The position numbers and the translations under genes were made by a program. Under the pieces are notes generated by a model. It was given only the letters and a program-made list of their open reading frames with translations. It was not told the origin of the DNA and searched no databases. From positions 6,882 through 70,881 of the forward strand of contig CANQMS010000009.1 in assembly GCA_947624995.1 (NCBI GenBank): a DNA stretch of 64,000 nt. Direction: 5' to 3'. Every line of letters starts with the position of its first letter. Within the stretch, counting starts at the first letter, position 1. Positions 36,073 through 43,527 of the stretch are shown one piece after another. Source of the stretch: an uncultured Clostridia bacterium. Its GTDB lineage: Bacteria > Bacillota > Clostridia > Oscillospirales > CAG-272.

Positions 36073-38253
36073 TCAGCCGAAGATGAAATTCACGGCGGCG
36101 CAGGCTAAAAGACCGGCGGCGGTAGGGACCGCGAACGCGGCGAGCGTCCATTTGACGCTCTTTGTCTCGCTCATGACGGTCGAAAGCGTCGTCGAGCAGG
36201 GCCAGTGCATCAGCGAAAACAGCATGACGCAGACGGCGGTGACAGTCGTCCAGCCGTTCGCGGTCAAAAGCGCGCGCAGCTCGGAGAGGGAGGACCACTC
36301 GGTCAGCGTGCCGTTCGCGGTGTACGCCATGATGATGATCGGGATCACGATCTCGTTTGCGGGGAAGCCGAGGATAAAGGCGAGGAGTATCACGCCGTCG
36401 AGCCCGAAGAAGGCGGCGAACGGGTCGAGCGCGGAGGAGAGGAGCGCGAGCAGCGTCCGCCCGCCGAGGGTGACGTTCGCGAGCAGCCATAAAAGGAGCC
36501 CGGCGGGCGCAGCGGCGATGACGGCGCGGCGCAGGACGAAGAGCGTCCTGTCGAAGACGGAGCGGACGATTATCTCGCCGACGCGCGGCTTGCGGTACGG
36601 CGGGAGCTCGAGCGTGAACGACGAGGGCTCGCCGCGCAGGACCGTTTTCGAGAGGATATACGTCACCGCGAGCGAGACCGCGGCGGAGAAGACGACGGCG
36701 GCGGTCAAAATCAGCGCGGATGCGGCGGACGAGGATGCGGAGGATGAGACGAAAAACATCGTTATGAGCGCCGTCAGCGTCGGGAACCGACCGTTGCAGG
36801 GGACGAACGCGTTTGTCAGGATGGCGAGCAGGCGCTCGCGCGGCGAGTCTATGATCCGCGCGCCGACGACGCCGGCGGCGTTGCAGCCGAAGCCCATGCA
36901 CATCGTGAGCGCCTGCTTGCCGCAGGCGCCGCATTTTTGCAGCGGGCGGTCGAGGTCGTACGCGATGCGGGGCAGATATCCGACGTCCTCGAGCAGGGTG
37001 AAGAGCGGAAAAAAGATCGCCATCGGCGGCAGCATCACGGAGACGACCCACGCAAGGACGCGGTAAACGCCGTCGACGAGCGCGCCGCGGACGTATTCGG
37101 GCGCGCCGAGGCGCGTTACGAGCGAGGAGAGCGGGTCCTCGAACGAGAAGAGCAGTCCCGAGAGCGCGTCCGAGATCACGTTCGCGCCGGACACGGTTAT
37201 CCAGAGGATCAGGGCGAGAAAGAGCAGCATCACGGGGAACGCCGTGAACCGCCCGGTCAGGATGCGGTCGAGGCGGCGGTCGCGGACGTCGTGCCCGCGC
37301 TCGGGCATTTTGACGACTCCCGAGCATATCATCTCCGAGACGCGGGAAACCGTGTTCGCGATGTCGTCCCGCGCGGTGTCGCTGCCGGCGGCGCACGTCG
37401 TGATGTCGCGTATCGCGTACCAGCGGGCGCGCCTTTCGGGCTCCGCGCGGGGCACAGCGCAAGCGCCGCAGCCGGCGCAGAAACCTGCGCAGGGAGTCCG
37501 GTCCGCGCCGGGAGCGCAGTCCGTGCCGGGAGCGCAGTCCGTGCCGGGGGCGCAATCTGCGCCGGGAGTCTGGTCCGCGCCGGGAGCGCAGCCTGCGCCG
37601 GGAGCGTGACTTGCGTCACGGGCGCCGTTTGAATTGCGCATATATTTTTCCGCGAGCGACGATATTTCCGCCTCCGTCGCCTCGCTGTACGTGAGCGGCG
37701 GCGGGAACGGGGTGACGGCGCCGGACGCGACGCTGTCGAGCGCCGATACGAGGGCGGCGAGCGTCCGCTTTTTCTTCGCCGTCACACCGACGACGGGGAC
37801 GCCGAGGCGGCGGGAGAGGAGCGGCAGATCGAGCGCGATGCCGCGGCTCTTCGCCTCGTCCATGAGGTTGACGGCGACAACGATCCGGGGCGTTATCTCC
37901 GAGATTTGCAGGACGAGCCCGAGATTGCGGGAGAGGCACGTCGCGTCGCAGACGGCGATGACGCAGTCCGCCTCGCCGGAGGCGAGCATATCGCGCGCCG
38001 CCTCCTCGTCGCGCGAAGCGGCAAGTAGCGAATATGTACCCGGGATGTCGACGAGGGTGTAATCCGTCCCGCCGGACGAAAAGAAGCCCTCCGCCGTCCC
38101 GACCGTCTTTCCGGGCCAGTTCCCGGTGTGCTGATGCATCCCGGTCAGCGCGTTGAAGACGGTGCTCTTTCCGACGTTCGGATTGCCCGCGAGCGCGACG
38201 GTGACGCGGGCGGCGCGCTTTTTTTCGCCCGAGGGCGATTTTTTTTGCAGCAT
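36073..38253 (-). CDS. feoB: ferrous iron transporter FeoB carrying a Cys-rich repeat insertion
   Basis: 726 aa. G-domain GNPNVGKSTVFNALTG...DIPGTYSL...NLMD, followed by a polytopic membrane domain. Residues ~205-272 form an extra segment (see the repeat feature). Confidence 0.9.
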   Translation of the reverse strand: MLQKKSPSGEKKRAARVTVALAGNPNVGKSTVFNALTGMHQHTGNWPGKTVGTAEGFFSSGGTDYTLVDIPGTYSLLAASRDEEAARDMLASGEADCVIAVCDATCLSRNLGLVLQISEITPRIVVAVNLMDEAKSRGIALDLPLLSRRLGVPVVGVTAKKKRTLAALVSALDSVASGAVTPFPPPLTYSEATEAEISSLAEKYMRNSNGARDASHAPGAGCAPGADQTPGADCAPGTDCAPGTDCAPGADRTPCAGFCAGCGACAVPRAEPERRARWYAIRDITTCAAGSDTARDDIANTVSRVSEMICSGVVKMPERGHDVRDRRLDRILTGRFTAFPVMLLFLALILWITVSGANVISDALSGLLFSFEDPLSSLVTRLGAPEYVRGALVDGVYRVLAWVVSVMLPPMAIFFPLFTLLEDVGYLPRIAYDLDRPLQKCGACGKQALTMCMGFGCNAAGVVGARIIDSPRERLLAILTNAFVPCNGRFPTLTALITMFFVSSSASSSAASALILTAAVVFSAAVSLAVTYILSKTVLRGEPSSFTLELPPYRKPRVGEIIVRSVFDRTLFVLRRAVIAAAPAGLLLWLLANVTLGGRTLLALLSSALDPFAAFFGLDGVILLAFILGFPANEIVIPIIIMAYTANGTLTEWSSLSELRALLTANGWTTVTAVCVMLFSLMHWPCSTTLSTVMSETKSVKWTLAAFAVPTAAGLLACAAVNFIFG
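37498..37605 (-). repeat. 18-nt tandem repeat inside feoB encoding about six APG-x-D/G-C hexapeptides
   Basis: The plus strand reads CCGGGAGCGCAGTCCGTG-like units about six times. The protein reads APGAGC APGADQ TPGADC APGTDC APGTDC APGADR, followed by TPCAGFCAGCGACA. Confidence 0.8.
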
Positions 38254-38366
38254 ATATATTGACCTCCGGCGGCGCGCGGCATAGACGCGAAGACCGCCTC
38301 ATATCCTTTTTTATATATCATATTCGCGCGGGGACCCGCGCGACACATAATAAGGAGGGGGAAGCG

Positions 38367-38804
38367 TTGGCGGACGGATTTTACACGCAGCGCGGATATG
38401 AGGCGCGGGACGGCGCGCCGCTCACGGTCGGGATGGAGGACTACCTCGAGATGATGTGCCGCATCGAGCGGCAGGGCGGCGAGGTCCGCATACGCGAGCT
38501 CGCCGCGCGGCTGCACGTCAGCCCGTCGTCCGCGTCGAAGATGGTGGCGCACATCGCCGCCCTCGGCTACGTGAACGCCGAGCGGTACGGGCTCATAACG
38601 CTGACTGAGGCGGGAAGGGAGGCGGGCGGTTATCTGCTCTACCGCCACGGCGTCGTCGAGAGGTTCCTGCGCGCCGTCAACGGCTCGCGCGACGAGACGG
38701 AGCAGGCGGAGCGGATCGAGCACTTCCTCGACCGCCGCACCGTATATAACCTCGAACGGCTGACGCGGTCGATCCCGGGAGTTTTTTTCTCCGAAAACTG
38801 TTGA
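38367..38804 (+). CDS. DtxR/MntR-family metal-dependent repressor (TTG start proposed)
   Basis: MEDYLEMMCRIERQGGEVRIRELAARLHVSPSSASKMVAHIAALGYVNAERYGLITLTEAGREAG.. is a DtxR-type winged HTH. AAGGAGGGGG lies 7 nt upstream of TTG 38367. Divergent from feoB. Confidence 0.75.
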   Translation: MADGFYTQRGYEARDGAPLTVGMEDYLEMMCRIERQGGEVRIRELAARLHVSPSSASKMVAHIAALGYVNAERYGLITLTEAGREAGGYLLYRHGVVERFLRAVNGSRDETEQAERIEHFLDRRTVYNLERLTRSIPGVFFSENC

Positions 38805-38864
38805 AATCCCGCGCGCCTTGCGATAAAATAGGGGCGGGAAAATACACCTCTTCGGGAGGGAAAA

Positions 38865-41267
38865 ATGAAAGCTTCGGCAAAAGAAAAAAATAACGGCGGA
38901 AAAGCGTCCGAAAAGACGCTCCGCCGCCTGTGCCGCAGGGCGGCGGCTGAGGGCTGCGTCCTTTTGAAAAACGAAGGCGTGCTGCCGTTCACGGGCGGGG
39001 ACCGCGTCGCCGTCTTCGGGCGGACGGCGTTTGAGTATGTCGCGTCCGGGACGGGGTCGGGCGGCTGCGTCCACCCGCCGTACAGGACGGACATCATCGG
39101 CGCGCTGTCGCGCAGCCGCTCCGTCAAGGTCGACGGGCGGGTGCGGGAGCTCTATCGAAAATGGCTCGCGGAGCATCCGTTTGACGCGGGTAACGGCTGG
39201 GCGACGGAGCCGTGGTTCCAGACGGAATTCGTCCCGGACGCGGAGGACGTCGCGCGCGCCGCGAGAGAGAACGACGGGGCGCTCATCGTGCTCGGGCGGC
39301 TGGCGGGCGAGGACAAGGACAACGCGCCCGTCCCCGGAAGCTGGTATCTGACGGATGAGGAGCGGGCGCTGCTCGCCGCCGTGACGGGGAGCTTTTCCCG
39401 CGTCGCGGTGATCCTGAACACGGGCAACATCATCGACATGAGCTGGGTCTCCGAGTTCGGCGTCGGCGCCGTCATGTACGTGTGGCAGGGAGGACAGGAG
39501 GGCGGACTCGCCGCCGCGGACGTCATAACCGGGCGCGTCTCCCCCTGCGGCAAGCTGCCGGACACTGTCGCGCGCAGGATAGAGGACTACCCGTCTACGA
39601 AAAATTTCGGCAATCCCGATTATAACGTATACGAGGAAGACGTCTACGTCGGGTACAGGTATTTTGAGACGTTCTGCCCCGAGCGCGTCCTTTATCCGTT
39701 CGGGTTCGGGCTCTCGTATACAACGTTCAACGTCTCGTTTGCGGACGCTCACGCGGCAAACGGGAAAATATTCGTCACGGCAAGCGTGAAAAACACGGGC
39801 AAATATCCCGGACGCGAGACGGTGCAGCTCTACTTCTGCAAGCAGGGCGGCGCGATAATGACGCCGCACGCGGCGCTGACCGCGTACAAAAAAACGCGCA
39901 TGCTCGCCCCGGGGGAGACGCAGACGCTGAAGCTCTCGTTCCCCGTCTCGGAGATGGCGTCATACGACGACAGCGGGGCTTCGGGGTACAAGTCGTGCTA
40001 CGTGCTTGAGGCGTGCGGATATTTTATCTTTGCCGGAGTTGACGCGAGCTCCGCTGTCGGCGCGGGCGCGGTATTTACGTACAGGGTAAAAAAGACCGCA
40101 GTCGTCGAGCGCTGCCGGGAGGCGCTGTCTCCCACGCGCGAATTTTTCCGCCTGCGCCCGCATCAGGGCGCGACGGTCGAGGCGGGATATGAGCGCGTCC
40201 CGACGCGGACATACGACCTCGTCGCACGGATGGTGAACGAGCGCCCGGAGCTCGGAATACTGTACACCGGGGATCGCGGCATAAAGCTTTCGGACGTTAA
40301 GTCCGGCGCGCACACGATGGAGGAATTCGTCGCGCAGCTCAACGCGGACGAGCTCGCCTCACTCGTGAGGGCTGAGGGGACAGCGAGCCCGAAGGTGAGA
40401 GCGTGGACGACGGCGGCGTTCGGCGGCGTCACGGACACGCTCAAAAGATACGGCGTGCCGATCGTGACGAACGTCGACGGTCCGTCCGGGATCAGGTCCG
40501 ACGCGGGCGAGGAGGCGACGCTTTTGCCGAACGGGACGCTTCTCGCCTCGACGTTTGACGACGCGCTCGTAGAGGAGCTCTTCACTTACGAGGGGCGCGA
40601 GCTTCGGGAGCACGGCGTCGACGCGCTGCTCGGTCCGGGCGTGAACATACACCGCAGCCCGCTCTGCGGGCGGAACTTCGAGTATTTCTCGGAGGATCCG
40701 CTGCTGTCGGGGAAGATGGCTGCCGCCGTCTGCCGCGGCATCGGCAAGTCCGGCACGAACGCGACGCTGAAGCACTTCGCGGGCAACGATCAGGAGTTTC
40801 ACAGGAGCGACTGCGACTCGGTCATGAGCGAGAGGTGCGCGAGGGAAATTTATCTGCGCCCGTTCGAGATCGCCGTCAAGGAGGGAGGCGCCGTGTCGAT
40901 CATGACGTCGTACAACCTACTGAACGGCTGTCACTGCGCCTCAAATTACGACCTGACGACGACGATACTTCGCGGCGAGTGGGGCTTTGACGGTTTTGTC
41001 ATGACGGACTGGTGGGCAAAGGCGAACAGAGTCGGCATGCGCGGCGACAAGCGGAACCTTGCCGAGATGATCCGCGCGCAGAACGATATCTACATGGTCG
41101 TGCCGAACGCGGAGGAAAACGACGACAACATATGGGAGTCGCTCGAATATCCGGGAAAGCTGTCATTTGACGAGCTGCAAAGGTGCGCGATGAACATCCT
41201 CCGCTACATAATGAAAACGCCGGCGTTCGAGCGGGAATATATTGAAAAAACGGAGGCGGGAGGCTGA
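38865..41267 (+). CDS. GH3 beta-glucosidase-like enzyme with permuted domain order
   Basis: 800 aa. The N-terminal part looks like the GH3 C-terminal alpha/beta domain (VLLKNEGVLPF..GDRVAVFG) plus a FnIII-like domain (ETVQLYF...). The catalytic barrel motifs KHFAGNDQE and GFVMTDW sit in the last ~230 aa. Confidence 0.8.
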   Translation: MKASAKEKNNGGKASEKTLRRLCRRAAAEGCVLLKNEGVLPFTGGDRVAVFGRTAFEYVASGTGSGGCVHPPYRTDIIGALSRSRSVKVDGRVRELYRKWLAEHPFDAGNGWATEPWFQTEFVPDAEDVARAARENDGALIVLGRLAGEDKDNAPVPGSWYLTDEERALLAAVTGSFSRVAVILNTGNIIDMSWVSEFGVGAVMYVWQGGQEGGLAAADVITGRVSPCGKLPDTVARRIEDYPSTKNFGNPDYNVYEEDVYVGYRYFETFCPERVLYPFGFGLSYTTFNVSFADAHAANGKIFVTASVKNTGKYPGRETVQLYFCKQGGAIMTPHAALTAYKKTRMLAPGETQTLKLSFPVSEMASYDDSGASGYKSCYVLEACGYFIFAGVDASSAVGAGAVFTYRVKKTAVVERCREALSPTREFFRLRPHQGATVEAGYERVPTRTYDLVARMVNERPELGILYTGDRGIKLSDVKSGAHTMEEFVAQLNADELASLVRAEGTASPKVRAWTTAAFGGVTDTLKRYGVPIVTNVDGPSGIRSDAGEEATLLPNGTLLASTFDDALVEELFTYEGRELREHGVDALLGPGVNIHRSPLCGRNFEYFSEDPLLSGKMAAAVCRGIGKSGTNATLKHFAGNDQEFHRSDCDSVMSERCAREIYLRPFEIAVKEGGAVSIMTSYNLLNGCHCASNYDLTTTILRGEWGFDGFVMTDWWAKANRVGMRGDKRNLAEMIRAQNDIYMVVPNAEENDDNIWESLEYPGKLSFDELQRCAMNILRYIMKTPAFEREYIEKTEAGG

Positions 41268-41270
41268 AAA

Positions 41271-41915
41271 ATGGAGCTTGTAGGCAAACGCATAACATTT
41301 TTAGGCGACAGCATAACAGAGGGCTGGGGGACGAGCTGCCCGGAGGCGAGGTACGACAATGTCCTCGCGCGGGACGCGGAGCTCGGCAGCACGTTTACGA
41401 ACGGCGTCGGCGGGACGCGGATCGCGTACCAGCGCGGGGCGTCTGCCGATCCGAGGTGGGATCTCTACTTCTGCGGGCGCGCGGCGCAGCTCGACCTGTC
41501 GGGCGACGTCATCGTCGTCTTCGGCGGGACGAACGATTTCGGTCACGGCAACGCGCCGTTCGGGACGGACGGCGACAGGTCGCCGGACACGTTCTGCGGA
41601 GCCGTGAACTACCTCATGAAGTATCTGCGAGGGCGCTACCCGTCCGCGCGCGTCGTGTTCATGACGCCGGTCAGGCGTTGGGGAGGCGGCGTCCCGTCGA
41701 AGGAGACGGGGCGGACGCTCGCCGAATATGCGGACGCGATCGTCAGGGCGGGCGCGAAAAACGGCGTTTATGTGCTCGACCTCTATAACGAGCTGCCGCT
41801 CGACCCGGACCTCGAAGAAGACAGGCACGCGTACACGATCGACGGGCTGCACCCGAACGACGCGGGGCACGCCATGATCGCCGAGGCGCTCCTCCGCTTC
41901 CTCCGCGGGCTCTGA
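41271..41915 (+). CDS. SGNH/GDSL hydrolase
   Basis: 214 aa. Block I FLGDSITEG, GGTND, and a C-terminal DGLHPN. Confidence 0.8.
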   Translation: MELVGKRITFLGDSITEGWGTSCPEARYDNVLARDAELGSTFTNGVGGTRIAYQRGASADPRWDLYFCGRAAQLDLSGDVIVVFGGTNDFGHGNAPFGTDGDRSPDTFCGAVNYLMKYLRGRYPSARVVFMTPVRRWGGGVPSKETGRTLAEYADAIVRAGAKNGVYVLDLYNELPLDPDLEEDRHAYTIDGLHPNDAGHAMIAEALLRFLRGL

Positions 41916-42523
41916 TGTGCCGCTGCGGGGGCTGGCCCGGCTGGGGGGCGATGACGGAGTACCACGACGAAGAATGGGGCGCACCCGTGCATGACGACAG
42001 GGTGCTCTTCGAGCACCTGTCGCTCGAGGCGCTCCAGTGCGGGCTGTCGTGGACAGTGATAATGAAAAAGCGCCGCGCACTGCGCGCGGCGTTTGACGGA
42101 TTCGACTTTGAAAAGGTCGCGCTCTACGGTGAGGACGACGTGCGCCGGATAATGGAGGCGCCGGACGTCATAAGGTGCAGGCGAAAGATCGAGGCTGTCA
42201 TCGGAAACGCGCGGAGATTTTCCGAGGTGCGCGCGGAGTTCGGCACGTTCGACGCATATTTACGTAGATATACCGGAGGGCGGACGTTGCTGTATGAAGG
42301 ACACGAAAAGGGCGCCGTCCCGGCGAAAAACGCGCTGTCCGAGAAGATAAGCCGCGACCTGCGGGCGCGCGGGTTTTCGTATCTCGGACCGGTCACCGTA
42401 TATGCGTTCTTAGAGGCGTGCGGGGTCATCAACGACCATGAGGAGAGGTGCTTCCGATACGCGGAGATAAACGGCGCCGCCCCGACAGCGCGCGTCACGG
42501 AGGACTATGCCGGGGAGATATAA
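41915..42523 (+). CDS. tag: DNA-3-methyladenine glycosylase I
   Basis: 202 aa. CGW....EYHD.EWG.P.HDD..LFE.L.LE..Q.GLSW..I..KR..... aligns with E. coli Tag. Confidence 0.85.
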   Translation: MCRCGGWPGWGAMTEYHDEEWGAPVHDDRVLFEHLSLEALQCGLSWTVIMKKRRALRAAFDGFDFEKVALYGEDDVRRIMEAPDVIRCRRKIEAVIGNARRFSEVRAEFGTFDAYLRRYTGGRTLLYEGHEKGAVPAKNALSEKISRDLRARGFSYLGPVTVYAFLEACGVINDHEERCFRYAEINGAAPTARVTEDYAGEI

Positions 42524-42548
42524 AGATATAAAAAAGGAAAAAGGAAAG

Positions 42549-42578
42549 AGCCCCGATGCGGAAAACCGCATCGGGGCT
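42549..42578 (-). terminator. terminator hairpin downstream of the Cys-rich small gene (shared with the tag 3' end)
   Basis: AGCCCCGATGCGG-AAAA-CCGCATCGGGGCT, a perfect 13-bp stem. The A-rich plus-strand flank gives a U-tail on the minus transcript. Confidence 0.65.
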
Positions 42579-42594
42579 GCCCATTATGCAAAAA

Positions 42595-42906
42595 TTATTC
42601 GGCGTCCGCCTCGTCCGTGCTCTCGGACTCCTCGCACCCGCATCCGCATTCGCTGTCGTCGCAGCACTCGTCGTCGCAGCACTCGTCTTCGCACTCGCAT
42701 TCGTCGTCGCAGCAGCAGCACTCGTCGTCATCGTCATCGTCATCGTCGAGATCGTCGATGTCCTCGAGTTCGACGGTTATTTTCAGGTATTTCTTGAAAA
42801 TGCGTTCAAGAATGACCTCCATGGCAACAAAAGCTCCTATCACGGCGGCGATAACAATAAGCGCGCGCCAAAAACCTTTACTCGGGCAGTTTTTCTTCTC
42901 TTCCAT
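42595..42906 (-). CDS. small single-pass membrane protein with an extreme Asp/Glu/Cys-rich C-terminal tail
   Basis: 103 aa: MEEKKNCPSKGFWRALIVIAAVIGAFVAMEVIL...DDLDDDDDDDDECCCCDDECECEDECCDDECCDDSECGCGCEESESTDEADAE. AGGAGG lies 9 nt upstream of the ATG and a TATAAT lies further upstream. Confidence 0.65.
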   Translation of the reverse strand: MEEKKNCPSKGFWRALIVIAAVIGAFVAMEVILERIFKKYLKITVELEDIDDLDDDDDDDDECCCCDDECECEDECCDDECCDDSECGCGCEESESTDEADAE

Positions 42907-43094
42907 TTTAAAAAACTACCTCCTTTCTCATTCGATTTTGGGCGGCTTTTATTATGCCGCCATTTTGATTATATCATGTCGGACAAGCGCCGTCAAGTAG
43001 AAAAAGGGGAAAATATGCGATATGATACCGTGAAACGGGAAAAGCAAAAGGGAAAGGCGCGGCGGGAAAACGGGCGCCTCGCAATGTGCGGGTC

Positions 43095-43346
43095 CTACTG
43101 AATTTCCTGCTCAAGCGTGCGGAAAATATCGTCGTCGAAAAATTCCGTGACGGTCATGTCGAGACCGTCGCAAAGCTTTTTCAGCGTGATGACGGACAGA
43201 TCGCGGCGGCTTTCGCTCATTAAACTGTAAACCGTCGACGGAGTCATGCCGGAGCGGACCGCGAGCTCATTATAACGAATACCGCGCCTCTCGCATATTC
43301 CCTTCAGCCGCAGAACGATCGCATTTTTGATCAACATGTTCTTCAC
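43095..43346 (-). CDS. XRE-family HTH transcriptional regulator (small)
   Basis: 83 aa. LKGICERRGIRYNELAVRSGMTPSTVYSLMSESRRDLSVITLKKLCDGLDMTVTEFF. Confidence 0.75.
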   Translation of the reverse strand: MKNMLIKNAIVLRLKGICERRGIRYNELAVRSGMTPSTVYSLMSESRRDLSVITLKKLCDGLDMTVTEFFDDDIFRTLEQEIQ

Positions 43347-43443
43347 CTCATACGAATTTTACGGATAATTTCGCAATATATCACGGCAATAAAGCTCCGA
43401 AACCGACCGCATTCCGTCCGCTGTCCCTATATTATCCTATCCC

Positions 43444-43509
43444 GAAAAGTTTTGAAAAGAAGGGGGTGCGGGGGGAGGAAAACTTTTTCAAAAGTTTTCC
43501 TCCCCCCGC
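43444..43509 (-). repeat. intergenic palindromic repeat element, copy 6 (terminator orientation for pheT)
   Basis: GAAAAGTTTTGAAAAGAAGGGGGTGCGGGGGGAGGAAAACTTTTTCAAAAGTTTTCCTCCCCCCGC. It lies 19 nt beyond the pheT stop. Confidence 0.75.
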
Positions 43510-43527
43510 GGATAAATCAGCCCTATA

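Noticed and set aside
35663-37555. Long ORFs overlapping feoB and other genes, for example 35663-37555(-), 38145-39869(-), 44899-46950(+), 47391-48797(+), 19842-21269(+), 25971-27212(-), 15895-16905(+) and 57624-58478(+)
   Set aside because: Their Arg/Ala/Gly/Pro-dominated composition is typical of off-frame or antisense reading of GC-rich coding DNA. Each overlaps a gene with clear family motifs, and none has an SD or recognisable domains.
38254-38366. Looked for a DtxR/MntR operator palindrome in the feoB / dtxR-like divergent intergenic region
   Set aside because: AT-rich stretches (ATATATAT, TTTTTTATATATCATATT) are present. I could not identify a convincing 19-bp DtxR-type inverted repeat by eye.
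42556-43101. Plus-strand ORFs (42556-43101, 42617-43000, 42507-42797) across the Cys-rich gene region
   Set aside because: These are low-complexity translations (poly-Ser/His/Ala/Val) of the same GTCGTC/GCAGCA repeat and have no SD. The minus-strand ORF has an AGGAGG SD, a TM helix, a promoter and a terminator.
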